From the NCBI GenBank assembly GCA_029865465.1, contig JAOUGW010000001.1, forward strand, positions 1 through 44,320: a DNA stretch of 44,320 nt, written 5' to 3'. The notes below the pieces were generated by a model. The model was not told the DNA's origin and ran no database searches. It saw nothing but the letters and a program-made list of their open reading frames with translations. This document shows positions 28,279 to 40,691 of the stretch, one piece after another. Source of the stretch: Gammaproteobacteria bacterium. Its GTDB lineage: Bacteria; Pseudomonadota; Gammaproteobacteria; Steroidobacterales; Steroidobacteraceae. Both the position numbers and the translations under genes were made by a program. Positions within the stretch are counted from its first letter, which is position 1, and each line of letters begins with the position of its first letter.

Positions 28279-29247
28279 ATGGCAACAAAGCGACCCTCCC
28301 TCGGACGGGGCCTCGAGGCCCTGCTCGGTTCCGTGACGCCAGCGCACGCCCCGACCCCCGCAACGGCGATCGACGCTGCCGGCACGTCTTCCGCGCAGGC
28401 TGTTGCGCCGGCCAGGGGCACGACCGCGCCGCGCGATGAAGAGCTCGCGCGCCTTCCCGTCGATCTGCTGCAACGGGGCCGCTATCAGCCGCGCCTCGAC
28501 ATGCGTCCCGAGAGCCTGCAGGAACTCGCCGACTCGATCCGCGCCCAGGGCGTCGTTCAGCCCATCGTCGTGCGTCCGCTCGCCGCCCAGAAGACCGGCG
28601 AGCCGGTCCGTTACGAGATCATCGCGGGCGAGCGCCGCTGGCGGGCCGCACAGATGGCCGGGCTGCACGACATCCCGGCCGTCGTCCGCATCGTGCCCGA
28701 CGAAGCCGCGGTCGCGATGTCGCTCATCGAGAACATCCAGCGCGAAAACCTGAACCCGCTCGAGGAGGCCCGCGCGCTCGACCGGTTGATCCGCGAGTTC
28801 GGCATCACCCATCAACAGGCCGCCGATGCCGTCGGCCGCTCGCGTGCCGCCGTCAGCAACCTCCTGCGCCTGCTCGAACTCGCCGACGAAGTGAAAACGC
28901 TGGTCGAGCACCGGCAGCTCGAGATGGGACACGCCCGTGCGCTGCTCGGATTGCCGCAAGCGCGGCAGCAGTCCGAGGTCGGCGCGCTGGTCGCCAGGAA
29001 GGGACTGTCGGTTCGCGAGACCGAAGCGCTCGTGAAGCGGATGCTTGCCCACGGCGACAAGGCCAACCGCAAGGACGACGGGGACGCGCCGCGGCCTGAT
29101 CCGAACATCACCCGACTTGAACAGGACCTGGCAGACAGGCTGGGTGCCAGGGTCTCGCTGCAGCACGCGCGCACCGGCAAGGGGAAGCTCGTGATTGCGT
29201 ACAACAGCCTCGATGAGCTGGATGGAATCCTCGCGCACATTAAGTAG
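28279..29247 (+). CDS. parB: Chromosome partitioning protein ParB (Spo0J)
   Basis: N-terminal LGRGLEALLG, ParB box GERRWRAA, HTH region. Confidence 0.95.
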   Translation: MATKRPSLGRGLEALLGSVTPAHAPTPATAIDAAGTSSAQAVAPARGTTAPRDEELARLPVDLLQRGRYQPRLDMRPESLQELADSIRAQGVVQPIVVRPLAAQKTGEPVRYEIIAGERRWRAAQMAGLHDIPAVVRIVPDEAAVAMSLIENIQRENLNPLEEARALDRLIREFGITHQQAADAVGRSRAAVSNLLRLLELADEVKTLVEHRQLEMGHARALLGLPQARQQSEVGALVARKGLSVRETEALVKRMLAHGDKANRKDDGDAPRPDPNITRLEQDLADRLGARVSLQHARTGKGKLVIAYNSLDELDGILAHIK

Positions 29248-29464
29248 CGGCGCTACGTAGTAGCGTGGGGATAGGTTATCAAGGTTGGGGGATAGTCGAG
29301 CAAGATTTATTAATCTGGTGTATTGCCCTCCGTCTCGGACTGGCCGCATGAATCACGTGCATCTGCCTGCGTTCAGGCTATCCCCCAACCCCCATTCCGC
29401 AACCCCTTCGTGCCCCTATCCCCTGACCCCTTTCTTGCGCACGCCGTGCGCGGCAGATGCGGAT

Positions 29465-29493
29465 TTGAAGCACTGCAAAAAGGCCCCTATACT
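29465..29493 (+). promoter_or_regulatory. Candidate sigma70 promoter of the atp operon: TTGAAG-N17-TATACT
   Basis: -35 at 29465-29470 and -10 at 29488-29493, with an exact 17-nt spacer. It lies about 125 nt upstream of atpI. Confidence 0.5.
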
Positions 29494-29616
29494 GCCGCGC
29501 CTTTCCGGAAGCCGCGCTTCGGCGTGAGGCTGCCCGGGTAACGGATTCCAACGCCACCCGTGGCCGGCCAACCGGCATGAAGTGGCTTTTTTGTTGCCCG
29601 GAAGCTGGATGAGGCC

Positions 29617-30012
29617 TTGAGCAACCTCGACGTGCAGAAAGGCCGGCGCCAGGCGCTCGCCGTCGTGCTGGGTCAGGTCCTGCTCGGGGTGATCGTCGCG
29701 GCCGTGTGTTTCGCGATCGACGGGTCCCGTGCGGGCGCATCGGCGCTGCTGGGAGCCGGCATCGGCGTGGCGGCGACGGGCTTGATGGCCTTCGCGATGC
29801 TGCGGCACGGCGAAGGCGCGACGCTGGTGCGGGCCACGATCGGGTTCTTCCTGGGGTGGCTGGTGAAGGTCGGCTTCACCATCGCGATGCTGGTGATCGC
29901 GTTCAGTTCGCCGAACGTCGCGGCGGTGCCGCTGCTTGCAGCGTACGTGGCGACGTTCTTCGGGTACTGGCTTGGGGCGGCTCGCCTGGGCGAGCCCGCG
30001 CAGAAACAATAG
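29617..30012 (+). CDS. atpI: ATP synthase protein I (AtpI)
   Basis: 131-aa hydrophobic four-helix protein directly upstream of atpB. The start codon is uncertain (TTG 29617 or GTG 29632). Confidence 0.75.
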   Translation: MSNLDVQKGRRQALAVVLGQVLLGVIVAAVCFAIDGSRAGASALLGAGIGVAATGLMAFAMLRHGEGATLVRATIGFFLGWLVKVGFTIAMLVIAFSSPNVAAVPLLAAYVATFFGYWLGAARLGEPAQKQ

Positions 30013-31210
<1,198 letters not shown>

Positions 31211-31235
31211 CCGGCTGCACGCGAGGACCGTCGTC

Positions 31236-31721
31236 ATGGATATCAATGCGACGCTGCTCGGCCAGATGCTGGTGTTCTTCTTCCTGATCTGGTTCTCCTG
31301 GAAGTTCATCTGGCCGCCTCTCACCAAGGCTGTCGAAGACCGGCAGAAGAAGATCGCGGAAGGCCTCGCCGCCGCCGAGCGTGGGCAGACCGAGTTGCAG
31401 AGCGCCCACGGGGAAGCCCAGGTGATCATCAACGCCGCCCGCGACCAGGCCAAGAAGATCGTCGACCAGGCGCACAAGCGCGAGGTCGAGATCGTCGATG
31501 AGGCGCGTTCGACCGCCATCGAAGAGGGCAAGCGCATCGTCGACGGTTCGCGGGCCGACGCAGCGCAGGAAAAGTCCCGCGCCCGCGACGAGTTGCGCAA
31601 GGACGTGGCCAGCCTGGCCGTGGCCGGCGCGTCCCGCCTGCTGCAGCGCGAGATCGACCCGAAGGCCCACGCCGACCTGATCGAGCAACTGGCCCGCGAA
31701 ATCGAGGGCGCCAAGGCCTGA
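31236..31721 (+). CDS. atpF: F0F1 ATP synthase subunit b
   Basis: Begins [20 protein letters not shown]..., then a long charged helix. I chose ATG 31236 over the 31155 start. Confidence 0.93.
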   Translation: MDINATLLGQMLVFFFLIWFSWKFIWPPLTKAVEDRQKKIAEGLAAAERGQTELQSAHGEAQVIINAARDQAKKIVDQAHKREVEIVDEARSTAIEEGKRIVDGSRADAAQEKSRARDELRKDVASLAVAGASRLLQREIDPKAHADLIEQLAREIEGAKA

Positions 31722-31762
31722 GGGCCGCGGCACCGCGACCACGGGACCTGGAGTAACGACGC

Positions 31763-32302
31763 ATGGCTGAGAGAGCCACGGTAGCGAGACCCTACGCCAA
31801 GGCGGCTTTTGCGCACGCGCGGGACAAGAACGTGCTCGACGCCTGGTCGGGCTGGCTCGGGACGGCACGCGCGATCGTCTCGAGCGACGAGTTCGAGGCG
31901 TTCCAGAACAGCCCCGGCGTGCGCAAGCAGCAGCTCAAGGAGCTGGTGGCGCACGTCTGCGGCGACGCGCTCGACGCGAACGCACGGGCGTTCCTCGACC
32001 TGCTCGCCGAGAACGGCCGCATCGGCTACCTGCCGGAGATCGCCACGCACTTCGACGAGCTGACGGCCGAGCACCAGAACGTCGCCGACGTCGAGGTCGT
32101 GTCTGCCGCCGAACTCAACGCCGCCCAGCGCGAGCGCCTCGCCGGCGCCCTGCGCGCACGACTGCGTCGCGACGTGCGGCTGAATTGCACTGTCGATCCG
32201 GCGTTGATCGGCGGCGCGGTGGTGCGCACGGGCGACCTGCTCATCGACGGCTCGATTGCGAACAAGCTCCAGCGGCTCGACGTCGAACTGACGACTGGCT
32301 GA
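31763..32302 (+). CDS. atpH: F0F1 ATP synthase subunit delta
   Basis: 179 aa with an OSCP-like N-terminus (ARPYAKAAF). Position in the operon fits. Confidence 0.93.
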   Translation: MAERATVARPYAKAAFAHARDKNVLDAWSGWLGTARAIVSSDEFEAFQNSPGVRKQQLKELVAHVCGDALDANARAFLDLLAENGRIGYLPEIATHFDELTAEHQNVADVEVVSAAELNAAQRERLAGALRARLRRDVRLNCTVDPALIGGAVVRTGDLLIDGSIANKLQRLDVELTTG

Positions 32303-32365
32303 CGACCGGAAACGAATCAATGGCCCACGCCGCGCATTGCGGCAGGCCCGCAGAGGATTGGCAAC

Positions 32366-33907
<1,542 letters not shown>

Positions 33908-33945
33908 GCCCCGATCCTCATTCGCCGCACAGGTAGCAGAAAGTC

Positions 33946-34836
33946 ATGGCCGGAACCAAGGAAATCCGCCTCAAGATCAAGAGCGTGCAGAACACGCGCA
34001 AGATCACCAAGGCGATGGAAATGGTCGCTGCCTCGAAGATGAAGAAGGCGCAGGAGCGCATGCGGCGCGGCCGCCCGTACGCCCAGCGCCTGCTCAACAT
34101 CACGATGCACGCGGCGCGCGCCAACACCGAGTACAAGCACCCGCTGCTCACGCGGCGTGCAAGCGTGCGGCGCGTCGGCGTCGTCGTCGTCACGACCGAC
34201 AAGGGCCTCTGCGGCGGCCTCAACACCAACCTGCTGCGCCTGGTGCTGAACCAGCACAAGGAATGGCTGACGAAGGGCATCGAGGCCGAGTACTGCACGA
34301 TCGGCAACAAGGGTCTCGGCTTCATCAACCGCATGGGCGGCAAGATCGTGTCGCAGGTCACCAACTACGGCGACCACCCGGCGCTCGACCGCCTCATCGG
34401 CCCGGTCAAGATGCTCATCGACGGTTTCCTCGAGGGACGGCTCGACGAGGTTCACATCTTCTCCACCCGCTTCATCAACACGATGAAGCAGGAGCCGACG
34501 CAGGGCACGATGATCCCGATCCCGCAGGAATGGGTCCTGCCGACGGGCCAGGTGATGAAGGCCGAGGTCGGTGAGGGCAACTGGGACTACCTGTACGAGC
34601 CGGACGCCAAGGCGGTGCTCGACCAGCTGCTGTTGCGTTATCTCGAGACCGCGGTGTACCAGGCAGCCACGGACAACATCGCCTCCGAGCAGTCGGCGCG
34701 CATGGTGGCGATGAAGGCCGCTTCGGACAACGCGCGCAACATCATCGACGAGCTGCAGCTCGTCTACAACAAGAGCCGGCAGGCCTCGATCACGAAGGAA
34801 CTCTCCGAGATCGTGGGCGGCGCCGCGGCCGTCTAG
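33946..34836 (+). CDS. atpG: F0F1 ATP synthase subunit gamma
   Basis: 296 aa. Begins [31 protein letters not shown] and ends ...[15 protein letters not shown]. Confidence 0.97.
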   Translation: MAGTKEIRLKIKSVQNTRKITKAMEMVAASKMKKAQERMRRGRPYAQRLLNITMHAARANTEYKHPLLTRRASVRRVGVVVVTTDKGLCGGLNTNLLRLVLNQHKEWLTKGIEAEYCTIGNKGLGFINRMGGKIVSQVTNYGDHPALDRLIGPVKMLIDGFLEGRLDEVHIFSTRFINTMKQEPTQGTMIPIPQEWVLPTGQVMKAEVGEGNWDYLYEPDAKAVLDQLLLRYLETAVYQAATDNIASEQSARMVAMKAASDNARNIIDELQLVYNKSRQASITKELSEIVGGAAAV

Positions 34837-34846
34837 CCATTTCTTT

Positions 34847-36322
<1,476 letters not shown>

Positions 36323-36323
<1 letters not shown>

Positions 36324-36347
36324 GGGTTAGGGGATAGGGGTTAGGGG
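36323..36347 (+). repeat. Heptamer tandem repeat forming a canonical G-quadruplex motif: GGGG-TTA-GGGG-ATA-GGGG-TTA-GGGG
   Basis: Four G4 runs (36323-26, 36330-33, 36337-40, 36344-47) with 3-nt loops. The first G belongs to the atpD TAG stop. Confidence 0.9.
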
Positions 36348-36405
36348 TTAGTCGGAAAAGCGGCGTTCTCCCAAAGACCACTGTTCACTAGTCACTGGTA
36401 CACAT

Positions 36406-36825
36406 ATGGCCACAATCCGCATCGACGTCGTCAGCGCCGAAGAAGCGATCTACTCGGGTGAAGCCGAGTTCGTGGTGCTTCCGGGCATCGCCGGCGAGCT
36501 GGGCATCTACCCGCGTCACGCCCCGCTGATCACGCAGATCAAGGCCGGCGTAGTGCGCATCAAGGTGCCCGGCAAGACGGAAGAAGAGATGGTGTACGTG
36601 CAGGGCGGCTTCCTCGAGGTGCAGCCCGACCACATCAATGTGCTTTCTGACACGGCAATTCGCGCCACCGACCTTGACGAAGCGAAAGTGCTCGAAGCGA
36701 AGCGCCTGGCCGAAGAAGCCCTGCGTGCACGCAGCGAGAAGCAGGAAATCGCGAGCGTGGAAGCCGAGCTGTCGGCATTGTCAGCCCAGCTGCAGGCGAT
36801 CCAGAAGCTGCGCAAGAACCGGTAA
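36406..36825 (+). CDS. atpC: F0F1 ATP synthase subunit epsilon
   Basis: 139 aa beginning [24 protein letters not shown], which is typical of epsilon. Confidence 0.96.
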   Translation: MATIRIDVVSAEEAIYSGEAEFVVLPGIAGELGIYPRHAPLITQIKAGVVRIKVPGKTEEEMVYVQGGFLEVQPDHINVLSDTAIRATDLDEAKVLEAKRLAEEALRARSEKQEIASVEAELSALSAQLQAIQKLRKNR

Positions 36826-36845
36826 GTCTCCCGCTATCCGCTTCC

Positions 36846-36871
36846 AGCTCTCCCGCTGAAGCGGGAGAGCT
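36846..36871 (+). terminator. 11-bp-stem hairpin 20 nt after atpC (AGCTCTCCCGC-TGAA-GCGGGAGAGCT)
   Basis: Perfect inverted repeat. No U-tract, so it may be a terminator or an mRNA 3' stabiliser. Confidence 0.4.
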
Positions 36872-36925
36872 CGCCCTGCACGGGCGGGGGCCCGAGGGCA
36901 CTGACGGCTAGGTGGTTCGACAAGG

Positions 36926-36955
36926 AAAAGGGCCCGCTTCATGCGGGCCCTTCTC
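36926..36955. terminator. Bidirectional intrinsic terminator (GGGCCCGC-TTCAT-GCGGGCCC flanked by an A-run and a T-rich run)
   Basis: 8-bp GC stem at 36930-36937 / 36943-36950. GAAAA lies upstream and TTCTCTCTC downstream. It sits between convergent atpC and the 36977-37426 gene. Confidence 0.6.
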
Positions 36956-36976
36956 TCTCGTGCGACCGAAGCGCGC

Positions 36977-37426
36977 TTACTTGAGGATCAGCTGGCGCAT
37001 CATCTGCTGGCCAACCGGCCTCCGCATCTTTTCGCGGTCGATGGCTGCCGCATCGCGCTGATCCTGCGTGCCAATCAACTTCGCCTGGATCGCCTCGGTG
37101 CGGTCGGCGAGGCCGTCCAGCGCGGCCATGTCCTTGTACGTCACAACCAGGTAGAGGTCCGGATCGTCCGCGTCACGCGGCGTCGTCTGGTAGACCGCGT
37201 AGTCGAGGATGATGCCCGCCTTCTTCTGCTCCTCCATCAGCGACTTGTAGGTCGTGCTGAGGTACTTCATGTAGGTCTGGAACATGCCGGGCGCGGTCCT
37301 GATCGAAGAGACCGTCGACACCGGGCCTTCCGTATAGGGGCGGTCTGCCGCCTGCGTGGCTCCCGCCAGGGCGACAAACGAAAACAGTCCTGCGAGTGCG
37401 CCGAGCGCACGAGTCTTGATTCTCAT
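36977..37426 (-). CDS. Hypothetical secreted protein (149 aa, signal peptide)
   Basis: Begins MRIKTRALGALAGLFSFVALAGATQA-AD. AAGGAA SD upstream of ATG 37426. I recognise no family. Confidence 0.6.
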   Translation of the reverse strand: MRIKTRALGALAGLFSFVALAGATQAADRPYTEGPVSTVSSIRTAPGMFQTYMKYLSTTYKSLMEEQKKAGIILDYAVYQTTPRDADDPDLYLVVTYKDMAALDGLADRTEAIQAKLIGTQDQRDAAAIDREKMRRPVGQQMMRQLILK

Positions 37427-37699
37427 CTTGATTCCTTTGTTTGTGATCTGTCGCGACGCTGAATTGCGCCTTGTTCGACACGAGGGAATACTACCCCACG
37501 GTGCCGGAGGATGCACACCACGGCTGGCGTGATGTTGCGACGCAATGCGGCAGCGCGTGCACAGCGATAAACGCGGCAATTCTTGCTGCAGCATCCCTTT
37601 ATCGCCCAGGCACCGCCTGTTATACGGGTTCTTCCACGGTGCCCGACGCGACTCGTTCGGCCGGAGCACGGTGCAAAATGCAACCGCAGGGGAACACAG

Positions 37700-38173
37700 A
37701 TGAAGATTTTACTGATCAGGTCCGTGATGCTAGGCGCACTGCTGCTTTCCGGCCAGGCATTCGCGGGAGACGACCCGAAGGTCGCGGCGGAAATCATGGC
37801 GATGGCTCGAGCCCAGTGGGCTGCCGAGATGGCGGGCCAGTCTGCAGCCGACCAGATGGCTGCGGCCGCCGACGACTACACGGAATTCAATCAAGACTAC
37901 CCGGTGCGTATCGAAGGCAAGGCGCTCAACATCCGCCTGAGCGAGGCCATCACTTCGGACGGTGGCAAAACCCTGGCCGCCGAAATGGTGAACCCGAAGG
38001 TGCAGGTGTACGGCGATACGGCGATCCTGTCGTACAACTACGTCGGCGTCCTGCGGGACAAGGATGGCAAGGTGACACCCAACAGCGCCAAGTCGACGCG
38101 CGTGTACTCCAGGATGGGTGGCAAGTGGATGCTCGTGCACGCCAATTTCGCACCCGTTGCATCCGGCGACTGA
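37700..38173 (+). CDS. Secreted SnoaL-like/DUF4440 (NTF2-fold) protein
   Basis: Signal peptide MKILLIRSVMLGALLLSGQAFA. C-terminal pattern VYGDTAILSYNY...RVYSRMGGKWMLVHANF is typical of DUF4440. Confidence 0.65.
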   Translation: MKILLIRSVMLGALLLSGQAFAGDDPKVAAEIMAMARAQWAAEMAGQSAADQMAAAADDYTEFNQDYPVRIEGKALNIRLSEAITSDGGKTLAAEMVNPKVQVYGDTAILSYNYVGVLRDKDGKVTPNSAKSTRVYSRMGGKWMLVHANFAPVASGD

Positions 38174-38287
38174 TAGACCGGGCGGGCCTGCCGTTCGTGC
38201 CCCGCAGCCCCTGCGAGCCACTCGCTTGCAGGGGCACTCCACCGTGCGGGTTCGCCGCGGAATAGAAGGCGGCAGAGAAGCGTCCGG

Positions 38288-38293
38288 TATAAT
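38288..38293 (+). promoter_or_regulatory. Perfect TATAAT -10 hexamer 33 nt upstream of glmU
   Basis: A consensus hexamer in a GC-rich context. No convincing -35. Confidence 0.35.
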
Positions 38294-38325
38294 GAGGGCA
38301 GACTGACCGGAAGCTGGATCGCCCA

Positions 38326-39699
38326 ATGCCCCTCTCCGTCGTGATCCTGGCCGCCGGCCAGGGCAAGCGCATGAAATCGGACCTGCCGAAGGTCCTGCAA
38401 CCCGTGGCGGGTCGCCCGCTGCTCAAGCACGTCATCGAGACAGCACGCCAACTGTCCGCGAGCGACATTCACGTCGTTTACGGTCACGGCGGTGAACGCG
38501 TGCGTGATGCGCTCGCGAGCGAGGACGTCACCTGGGTATTGCAGGCAGAACAGCACGGCACCGGGCACGCGGTGCGGCAGGCCATGCCGGGGATACCCGA
38601 CGACCACCTGGTGCTGGTGCTCTACGGCGACGTACCCCTCACGCAGGCATCGACGCTGCAACGACTGATCGACGCCGCTGCCAATGGCGAAGCGCTCGGC
38701 GTGTTGAGCGTGCGCATGAAGGACCCCACGGGCTACGGCCGCATCGTGCGTGACCGGGCGGGCACGGTTGCGCGCATCGTCGAGCACAAGGACGCGAACC
38801 AGAAGGAGCGCGCGATCGACGAAGTGAACACCGGGCTGATGGCCGCGTCGGCGAAGCGCATGCGTGAATGGCTGGCGCAGCTGCGCAACGACAACGCGCA
38901 GGGCGAGTACTACCTGACGGACGTCGTCGTGATGGCGGCGAAGGCGGGACTCCGGGTCAACGCCATCCTTGCTGACAGTGAAGACGAAGTGCTCGGCGTC
39001 AACGACAAGGTGCAGCTCGCCGAAGTCGAGGCGGTGTACCGCAGGCGCCGGGCGACGGAGCTCATGCTGCAGGGCGTGACGCTGGTCGATCCAGCCCGCT
39101 TCGATGCTCGCGGTCCGGTCACCGTCGGCCGCGACGTGCACGTGGACGTCAACGTGGTGTTCGAGGGCGCGGTGAAGCTCGGTCACCGCGTGCGGATCGG
39201 TCCCAACGTCGTGATCCGCGACAGCGAGATCGGCGACGACACCGTGGTTTTTCCCAACTGCGTCATCGACCGCGCCAGCATCGGACCCAAATGCAACATC
39301 GGCCCGTTCGCGCGTTTCCGGCCGAGTTCCAGTCTGGCCCCGGGCGTGCACGTCGGAAACTTCGTCGAGGTGAAGAACAGCATCCTGGGTGCAGGCGCCA
39401 AGGCCAACCATCTCACGTACCTGGGCGATGCGACGATCGGCGAGAAAGTGAACGTCGGCGCCGGCACCATCACGTGCAACTACGACGGCGTGAACAAGTG
39501 GCGCACGGAGATCGGGGCGGGCGCATTCATCGGCTCAGGCGCGATGCTGGTGGCACCCGTGAAGATCGGTGCGGGCGCCACGATCGGCGCCGGCTCGACC
39601 ATCACCAAGGACGCGCCGGACGACAAGCTCACGCTCGAGCGCAGCAAGCAGCTGACGCTCGATGGCTGGAAACGACCGGTGAAGCAGCCCAAGGACTGA
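38326..39699 (+). CDS. glmU: Bifunctional UDP-N-acetylglucosamine diphosphorylase / glucosamine-1-phosphate N-acetyltransferase GlmU
   Basis: 457 aa with N-terminal LAAGQGKRMKS and C-terminal hexapeptide repeats. Confidence 0.97.
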   Translation: MPLSVVILAAGQGKRMKSDLPKVLQPVAGRPLLKHVIETARQLSASDIHVVYGHGGERVRDALASEDVTWVLQAEQHGTGHAVRQAMPGIPDDHLVLVLYGDVPLTQASTLQRLIDAAANGEALGVLSVRMKDPTGYGRIVRDRAGTVARIVEHKDANQKERAIDEVNTGLMAASAKRMREWLAQLRNDNAQGEYYLTDVVVMAAKAGLRVNAILADSEDEVLGVNDKVQLAEVEAVYRRRRATELMLQGVTLVDPARFDARGPVTVGRDVHVDVNVVFEGAVKLGHRVRIGPNVVIRDSEIGDDTVVFPNCVIDRASIGPKCNIGPFARFRPSSSLAPGVHVGNFVEVKNSILGAGAKANHLTYLGDATIGEKVNVGAGTITCNYDGVNKWRTEIGAGAFIGSGAMLVAPVKIGAGATIGAGSTITKDAPDDKLTLERSKQLTLDGWKRPVKQPKD

Positions 39700-39703
39700 C
39701 CGC

Positions 39704-40633
39704 ATGCTCGAAATCCGGCGCAGTGCGAGTGCTGGACTGGAGCGGCCCACGGCCCCGTCCGCCGGCTGCTGGCTGCACGTCACCCAACCCACGGCAGCCG
39801 ACCTGGCAACCGTGCGTGAGTTCGGTGTCCCGGCTTCGCTGCTCGACCACGTGGCGGATATCGATGAACGTCCGCGCGTCGCGCACGTCGGGGACTGCGT
39901 GCTCGTCGTGATGAACTATCCGCTGCGGCGCGACGAAACTACCGGGCCGCCCTGGCGGACCCTGCCGCTCAGCGTGTTGCTTACCCCGCAGGGCATCGTC
40001 ACCGTCAGCCAGGCAACCACGCCGTTCCTGCAACCGTTGCTCGACGGCCAGGTGCAGGGACTGTCCACTGCTCGTGGAACTGAATTCGTCCTGCGCGTGT
40101 TCTGGCAGCTGGCAGACGCCTGCCTGCGAGGCCTGCGCGAGATCAATGCCGGTGTCGAAGGCCTCGAGAACGAACTCAAGCGCTCGCTCCGGAACGAGGA
40201 GGTGCTCGGCCTGCTCGAGTTCCAGAAGAGCCTGACCTACTTTGCGACCGGCCTGAAGGCGAACGAGCTGGTGCTGGAGCGCCTGCAGCGCGTGCCGACC
40301 CTGCACTGGGCCGACCAGGACCAGGAACTGCTCGACGACGTGCGCGTCGAACTGCGCCAGGCGATCGAGATGGTCGAGATTGCCGACCACGTGCTGAGCG
40401 ACATGATGGATGCGTTCGCGTCGATCGTGTCCAACAACCTGAACTCGGTCATGAAGGTCCTGACGTCGGTCACGATCATGCTGGCGGTGCCCACCCTGAT
40501 CGCGAGCGTCTACGGCATGAACGTGGGCCTGCCGGGCGCACACAGCCCGTCGGCCTTCGCGGGGATCGTCGCGCTGAGCGTCGCCATCTGCAGCGGTTTG
40601 TTCTTCGTGTTCCGGCGCCGGAACTGGCTCTAG
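39704..40633 (+). CDS. CorA-family divalent-cation transporter
   Basis: 309 aa with a YGMNV motif before the last TM helix. Two C-terminal TM helices. Confidence 0.85.
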   Translation: MLEIRRSASAGLERPTAPSAGCWLHVTQPTAADLATVREFGVPASLLDHVADIDERPRVAHVGDCVLVVMNYPLRRDETTGPPWRTLPLSVLLTPQGIVTVSQATTPFLQPLLDGQVQGLSTARGTEFVLRVFWQLADACLRGLREINAGVEGLENELKRSLRNEEVLGLLEFQKSLTYFATGLKANELVLERLQRVPTLHWADQDQELLDDVRVELRQAIEMVEIADHVLSDMMDAFASIVSNNLNSVMKVLTSVTIMLAVPTLIASVYGMNVGLPGAHSPSAFAGIVALSVAICSGLFFVFRRRNWL

Positions 40634-40691
40634 CAGAGCCTTGCCGGTTCCGCAGGTATGATCTCGGCATCCGACCTGCCAGGTGGCTGAC

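Noticed and set aside
29345-29362. Possible parS site (TGAATCACGTGCATCT) downstream of parB. Other CACGTG-containing sequences occur at about 45, 1665 and 2895.
   Set aside because: It matches at best about 11/16 to TGTTNCACGTGNAACA and the palindromic arms are not preserved. The other hits lie inside coding sequence and match only a half-site.
29285-29541. ORFs of 80 aa and 72 aa inside the parB-atpI intergenic region.
   Set aside because: They are Pro/Ser-rich translations of the C-tract repeat. They have no SD and no family resemblance, and they overlap the predicted atp promoter.
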